In this document: positions 58,678-64,000 of the stretch, piece after piece | Layout of the letters: each line of letters begins with the position of its first letter | Position numbering within the stretch: the first letter of the stretch is position 1 | Assembly (NCBI GenBank): GCA_965212015.1 | Contig: OZ243037.1 | Location: 1,632,001 to 1,696,000, forward strand | Source of the DNA: Cenarchaeum sp. | Lineage (GTDB): Archaea; Thermoproteota; Nitrososphaeria; Nitrososphaerales; Nitrosopumilaceae | Reading direction: 5' to 3' | DNA length: 64,000 nt | The notes under the pieces: model-generated | The model's input: the letters and a program-made list of their open reading frames with translations, nothing else | Told to the model about the DNA's origin: nothing | Databases searched by the model: none | Translations under genes and position numbers: made by a program

Positions 58678-60492
58678 TTATCTCACCTGGATTATCTCCG
58701 TGTGTATCTTTTCTCCTCCCAGATCATCTTGGACGCGGCATGCGATGGGGATTTTGCCTATGTGCTTGAACTTGTATGGTACTTTGAATAGAGGCTTTTT
58801 CTTGTCATCGCTTCCAGCTCGACCATATGCGAATCCTTGAGTGGGTGTGAATCTTCCCTTATATTCAAAATCCCACTGTACGTTTATGATTTTTGCCCCT
58901 GTGTTTATTGCGATTGATTCGGATGCATCAAATTCGTATGTCATGGATGTGATTTTCTTGTGATTGACCGATACTTCTGGTGGCAGAATGAATGTCAGCA
59001 GAGATTTGTAGTCGTCGTGTAGCTTTATTATATGATCTTTGAATGTTGGTGAGTCAAGTTCCGTCAAAGTAATCTGAATTAGATCAATCTCGGCATGATT
59101 TTCCCCCTTTAGTTTTTCAGCTGCCGTCTTGGCAGATTCTGCAAAGGACCAAGCAAGCATTATCCCCTTTCGCAATCCCTTTGTTTCTGCTATTTCTCGT
59201 GCAAATTCGATCACATCATTTTTGATTACACGGTTTTTTTGTCTAGCTTTTCCCACAAACAATGGTGTTTGTCTCTTAAAACCGTGAATATGTCCGTCAC
59301 CCGATGTCACTCTTCCACCATATGCGGATATCACAAAACTTCTAAATTCCATATCTGTGAGGGCTACAAGAGCCGGAATTTCATATGTTCCCCAGTATTC
59401 TATGGATATGTCGGGTATTGGAAGAAGTGTTTGTTGGGTTCCAGCATCTAATTTTTCATGCAATGCTTCCAGCCTGCCTTGTGTGATTGCAACTGCAACT
59501 CTGGATTGGTCACAGGCAATCCATTTCCGATTTAATTTTTGTGCTGTAGAAGGTAAGGTGCCTCCACCACAAAAAAAATCGGCTACCACATCTCCCTCAT
59601 TTGTTGACGCCTTGATTATTCTCTCTAAGAGTGCTTCAGGTTTTTGAGTTGGATACCCCAAACGTTCTTTTGCTTGTGAATTAAGATATGAAATTTCCCA
59701 TACATCTCTCATAGCCTTTTCCCTAGATTTATCATCTGTGTAATATTGTTCAAGTTTTTTATTTTTTCCAACTGTCGTAATTCTAGATCCCATATGCTTT
59801 GATTTTTCACTGTATGGTTCTTTTTGCATGTTAAAGATAGGTGTTTCAGTCTTTCCATAAAATAATAATACATCATGCATGCGTTGGAAATTCTTTGTAG
59901 CTCCTGTCCATCTTTGATATGCCCAAATTATTTCATTTCTAAAATTATCATATCCAAAAATCTTGTCTAATTCTATTTTAACATAATGGGATGCATGCCA
60001 ATCCAAATGTACATAAATCGAACCTGTCGACTTTAATAATCGTTTCATTTCTAACAGTCTGGCATTTAACCAAATCAGATAACTCGGCAAACCTCCTTCC
60101 CAAATATCAGTAAATGATCTTACTTCATTTTGATCTCCAAAAATTACATTATAATTTGCGCCAGAGAAAAATGGCGGATCAATATAAATTAAATCAATAG
60201 AATTTGATGGAAGCATTCTCATTACATGTAGATTATCTCCCCAAAATAGTCGATTATGTTCTAATTTTGAATGACCAAATGTAACCCTGTCTGCCTTTTG
60301 AAATGGTAATGCGACACGAGGATATATCTTATGATATTGTTTGTCCTTGTCACAACCAAATGGAAGCTCATTAACTGGAACAGAACCAAATCGCCTTGGA
60401 ATCTTATAAAATTCCGGTTGTTTTGGAATTTCAGTAATTTCGCTAAGATCATCAAATACTTCATTGTCTGTATATTCTGAAATACGATCCAA
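58678..60492 (-). CDS. mod: Type III Mod-like amino-DNA methyltransferase (beta order) with C-terminal extra domains
   Basis: WGDNL, IDPPF, YPTQKPEALLERII and DFFCGGG motifs. Confidence 0.9.
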   Translation of the reverse strand: MDRISEYTDNEVFDDLSEITEIPKQPEFYKIPRRFGSVPVNELPFGCDKDKQYHKIYPRVALPFQKADRVTFGHSKLEHNRLFWGDNLHVMRMLPSNSIDLIYIDPPFFSGANYNVIFGDQNEVRSFTDIWEGGLPSYLIWLNARLLEMKRLLKSTGSIYVHLDWHASHYVKIELDKIFGYDNFRNEIIWAYQRWTGATKNFQRMHDVLLFYGKTETPIFNMQKEPYSEKSKHMGSRITTVGKNKKLEQYYTDDKSREKAMRDVWEISYLNSQAKERLGYPTQKPEALLERIIKASTNEGDVVADFFCGGGTLPSTAQKLNRKWIACDQSRVAVAITQGRLEALHEKLDAGTQQTLLPIPDISIEYWGTYEIPALVALTDMEFRSFVISAYGGRVTSGDGHIHGFKRQTPLFVGKARQKNRVIKNDVIEFAREIAETKGLRKGIMLAWSFAESAKTAAEKLKGENHAEIDLIQITLTELDSPTFKDHIIKLHDDYKSLLTFILPPEVSVNHKKITSMTYEFDASESIAINTGAKIINVQWDFEYKGRFTPTQGFAYGRAGSDDKKKPLFKVPYKFKHIGKIPIACRVQDDLGGEKIHTEIIQVR

Positions 60493-60634
60493 TTGTTGCT
60501 TAGTTTTTTTATAACCTTTTGTCAGGGGAAATTACCCCCATTAATTTTTACAGTTTGATCAAATTTACCATTATGATAATATGGTCTAATATTCCATGTA
60601 AAATTATGATATTCTTCCCTCCGAAGATTAAGAA

Positions 60635-60742
<108 letters not shown>

Positions 60743-61013
60743 AATTCCCTGACAACTACGCATATTTTATCGTTTTTAATGTTTTGTTTTGCATATCCTC
60801 CGCCTCATGTCGTTATCTTCCCACTAGCACTGGTCTTTTAATCTGTACCCGATCTGACGGATCAAAAAACCCCTCATATTTTGACAAAATTGTAATCGAT
60901 AAAGCCAGAACCGACATGAATTACACCAAAAATGACTGCAATTGCTAAAAAAACGGGAAAAATACGCCCTTAAAAGGATTTAATTATAGTAGTATGGTCA
61001 GGTCTTTTACAAA

Positions 61014-61667
61014 ATGTACAGCGGGGAGCTTGAGGTTCAAGCCAAAAGAAAGGCCATAGCAGTTTTACAAGACGAGATACACCGGATTCTGCACGCCTCA
61101 AGGGAGCTATCCACCCTGCCGGAACTAATGATGAAAAAGGACAAGGCGGGCATCAAAAACAGCCTGGAGCAGATATCCAGTATAGAGGAGGAAGTCGAGG
61201 CGCTGCGCCGCAAAATCACAAGGGAGGTCGCCGACGTGGGCGGCCTGATCATGAACCGCGAGAACCTGCTAAACACCGCGTACACCATGGACGAGATTGC
61301 AGGATACATTACGGGGATTTCATTCAAGCTATCCAGCATAAAGCCGGCCACGCTCAAAAGCGCAAAGCTGGACCGCGACATTACAAAGCTAATCGAGCTG
61401 GTAGTAGACGAGGTCTCAAAGCTAAACGAGGTCATACGCAGCCTCAACAAGAACAGCGCAAGCGCAATAGAGCTGGCGCAAGAGACGCAGAGCATAGAGC
61501 GCGACATCGACATCAGGTACAGGCAGACCACGCTCAAGATTCTCACCGAGATCTCTAACACAAAGGAGCTATTACTAATGAAGGACGTAGTCGAGGGAAT
61601 CGAGGAGATGGCAGACAAGTGCCAGAGGGTCTCTGACTCTTTTATCTTGCTTGCGCTGAGCTTGTAG
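61014..61667 (+). CDS. DUF47 / PhoU-like protein
   Basis: Helical repeats IEEEVEALRR..REN.L and IERDID..IEEMAD. Confidence 0.85.
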   Translation: MYSGELEVQAKRKAIAVLQDEIHRILHASRELSTLPELMMKKDKAGIKNSLEQISSIEEEVEALRRKITREVADVGGLIMNRENLLNTAYTMDEIAGYITGISFKLSSIKPATLKSAKLDRDITKLIELVVDEVSKLNEVIRSLNKNSASAIELAQETQSIERDIDIRYRQTTLKILTEISNTKELLLMKDVVEGIEEMADKCQRVSDSFILLALSL

Positions 61668-61668
61668 A

Positions 61669-62202
61669 TTGAAAGGCGAACTGGTGGAGAACCGCATCAT
61701 AATATGGGACGTCAAAGACTCGCGCAAGCTGTTCGGCTCTGGATATTTTGGCAAGCCAATAGGAATGCCAAAACCAAAGCTGGAAGAGATTGACGTGCCG
61801 CTAGTCCTGGACTTAATCGAGGGCCTGTATCTTGCGCAAAAGGGCACAATATCCGTATACAAGCTGAAAAAGAAAATGTCAGAGGATGCGCTGCTAGAGA
61901 TCTGCCGCAAGGAATACCACAACTTTGATAAAAAATATACGGTATACGTGGACTTTCGGGACAAGGGATATATAGTAAATCCGGGGATAAAGTTCGGATG
62001 CGACTTTGCGGTGTACGAGCGGGGGCCGGGAATTGATCATGCGCCGTATCTGGTGCAGGTGTACAACAAAAAGGACGTAATGACGTCCACCGGGATGGTT
62101 CTTGCCGGCAGGCTTGCAACTACGGTGCGCAAGCAGTTCATACTTGCAATACCCGGCAGAAACAAGATAGATTTGCTCGCCCTTGACTGGTGGCGTGCCT
62201 AG
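61669..62202 (+). CDS. endA: tRNA-intron endonuclease subunit
   Basis: VYVDFRDKGY, GIKFGCDFAVY, HAPYLV and GRLATTVRK motifs. Confidence 0.94.
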   Translation: MKGELVENRIIIWDVKDSRKLFGSGYFGKPIGMPKPKLEEIDVPLVLDLIEGLYLAQKGTISVYKLKKKMSEDALLEICRKEYHNFDKKYTVYVDFRDKGYIVNPGIKFGCDFAVYERGPGIDHAPYLVQVYNKKDVMTSTGMVLAGRLATTVRKQFILAIPGRNKIDLLALDWWRA

Positions 62203-62570
62203 AGTTTCTTTATGTGGCCGGCAATCTTGTCGTAAATTTCAAACATCTCGCCTGACACGCCAAACTCCAGGTGGTTCTTCCACTTGCTGTGGATTCTTAT
62301 TCCCTTTTGCGTGGGCTCTATGAATATCGATGCATCACTAATTGACTGTTTTGCAATTTTTTCGTTTAGCTTGACGTCTGCGTTCAGCATTTCGGCAAGC
62401 TTGCCGCCGTTCCAGGATATGCCGGTGATTTTTTTTGCGCCAAAGTGGCCGCTAGTCTCCAGTACGGTCTTTACTGCGACGTCATAATCGTTTGCCACCT
62501 GTTTTCGCACTATATAGTGGGCCTGAAACCTGTCTAGCGCGCCCCATGGAAGTGGTGTTGTATCCTGCAT
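62199..62570 (-). CDS. Hypothetical protein
   Basis: 123-aa ORF convergent with endA. Confidence 0.7.
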   Translation of the reverse strand: MQDTTPLPWGALDRFQAHYIVRKQVANDYDVAVKTVLETSGHFGAKKITGISWNGGKLAEMLNADVKLNEKIAKQSISDASIFIEPTQKGIRIHSKWKNHLEFGVSGEMFEIYDKIAGHIKKL

Positions 62571-62572
62571 CT

Positions 62573-62809
62573 CTATCCCTTTTGTATTATCTGGATGGCG
62601 TCAATGTTGGTGCCGCTTATCTCCAGGCTCCCCCTGTTTGTGTGCATTCTCGGGCTCGGCACAAAGTACCTGCTGTAATACTCGTCGGACTCTACGTCGG
62701 CGCTTCCCTGCTCGTTCGGACTGGCCTTTATGCCGATCTCGCCTAGTATGTCGCAGAGCTTTTCAGGCAGTGTCTTGAGAACAAACGTGTCTGGCTCGTC
62801 ATCATGCAT
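62573..62809 (-). CDS. Hypothetical protein
   Basis: 78 aa from ATG 62809; the longer ORF-track extension looks non-coding. Confidence 0.6.
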   Translation of the reverse strand: MHDDEPDTFVLKTLPEKLCDILGEIGIKASPNEQGSADVESDEYYSRYFVPSPRMHTNRGSLEISGTNIDAIQIIQKG

Positions 62810-63095
62810 GGTTGGGCTTGGATTTGCCCCACAAATAAACATATCAGGATCGGCCTGACGACCCTGATCGGGACATCCCGGCACTCTGGGATCGGGCTGG
62901 TGTTGCCAGCTTTGTGGCCTTTTTTTGGTGAAAATCATGTGCGAAACTCGAATAACTGGGTCTTGGGCATGTACGCCATCACTAACAAACATGCGGATAC
63001 GATTCGACATTGGGATCCAGATGCCTGTATGAAATTCCCAAAGATTTTGCCGTTTTCCGCCGTGAGTTTTTTGCATTTATGAGTGAGCATATGGT

Positions 63096-64000
63096 TCAGG
63101 AATACCTAAAGCGATTCTGCTCAAACCAGTGATATGTCTTTTTCATGCCCTCATCTATGGTAAAACGTGGGTTCCATAGGTTGGACTGGCCGTCTACATC
63201 AAACGAAATTGGTTTTCCATCAACTAACTCTCCGGGTTCGTATTCGCCGGGACTGATTTCAATACTGCTGTTTCCAACGTCTGAAATCATTGCTGCAAGA
63301 GACATATTCGTAACTATCTTGCCGCCCTTGTTTCCCGCACAGTGGAGAGTCTTTCCCACGTGCTGATCCAAATCTTCAATGAGCTTGCCGTAAAAATCAG
63401 CGATATCCTCGCCATATGTCCAAAATCTTTTTGCGTCAGGGGATTTTACGGTAATGTCTTTTTTGTCCAATACGTTCAGTATCAGTCGGGCCGGAAGCTC
63501 GTCACTTCTCATTCGCGCTCCATATCCGCTTCCAACCCTTGTTATCACGTATGGTATGTCATGGGCCTTGTGGTACGTCATGTAAAGCAGCTCCACGGCG
63601 GCCTTTGTCCATCCATACAGTGATGACGGGTTTGGTAACATCCGTTCATGGTATTTTTTATCGTGATGGCCATACAACGTATTGAACGAACTGGGATAGA
63701 TGACGGTGGGTTTTTTTCCAGACAGGTTCTTGATCGTCTCTAGTATTCGAAGCGACGGGGAGACATTTGAAGCAAATGTATATGCCGGGCTGGAATTTCC
63801 CAGTGGACGATCTGGCACGCCCAAACCGGCATCAACAATGACGTCAATTCCTCTAATATCGTCGTACAATAGATCATTTGATGCCTTCCACACGTATTTG
63901 ATCTGATGCCTAGTGTCATCCAGCCTCCAGGCTTCGGCAAACCTGCATACATCCATGCAAGTCACACCAAGTCCCATTTTTAGGAATTTTTCAGTCAATG
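63096..64000 (-). CDS. NAD-dependent epimerase/dehydratase (extended SDR; 5' end outside window)
   Basis: YGWTK catalytic YxxxK, SS..LYG and F.IDEGM motifs. Confidence 0.85.
   Translation of the reverse strand, partial: LTEKFLKMGLGVTCMDVCRFAEAWRLDDTRHQIKYVWKASNDLLYDDIRGIDVIVDAGLGVPDRPLGNSSPAYTFASNVSPSLRILETIKNLSGKKPTVIYPSSFNTLYGHHDKKYHERMLPNPSSLYGWTKAAVELLYMTYHKAHDIPYVITRVGSGYGARMRSDELPARLILNVLDKKDITVKSPDAKRFWTYGEDIADFYGKLIEDLDQHVGKTLHCAGNKGGKIVTNMSLAAMISDVGNSSIEISPGEYEPGELVDGKPISFDVDGQSNLWNPRFTIDEGMKKTYHWFEQNRFRYS

Overview
A mostly core-genome window from an archaeon of the Nitrososphaerota (Thaumarchaeota), probably Nitrosopumilaceae-like. The assignment is inferred from the fused rpoA, unsplit rpoB, PEFG-CTERM surface proteins and gene order. 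Core content: larC-larE-iscS, four tandem PEFG-CTERM genes, rpoH-rpoB-rpoA-rpl30e-nusA-rps12-rps7, tRNA-Gln(CTG) with two introns, rpl18e-rpl13-rps9, two leuCD-type pairs, rps15-DHH-pcc1-serS, rps3ae, two geranylgeranyl reductase-family genes, MoxR/vWA, tbp, pduO, tRNA-Phe, lig, DUF47 and endA. The main accessory signals are: (1) a 62-65 bp palindromic element present twice, inverted and 31 kb apart, each copy with its own flanking duplication; (2) a wHTH/nucleotidyltransferase locus with a 22-bp inverted-repeat operator, split at an A_AAA_AAC slippery heptamer; (3) an ~11.7-kb AT-richer defence island between lig and DUF47. The island holds an MTase + PLD-helicase module and a three-gene Type III-like R-M system, preceded by an (AGAC)10 tract inside a small leader ORF (candidate archaeal phase-variation switch). 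All calls come from reading motifs by eye; no database searches were run.
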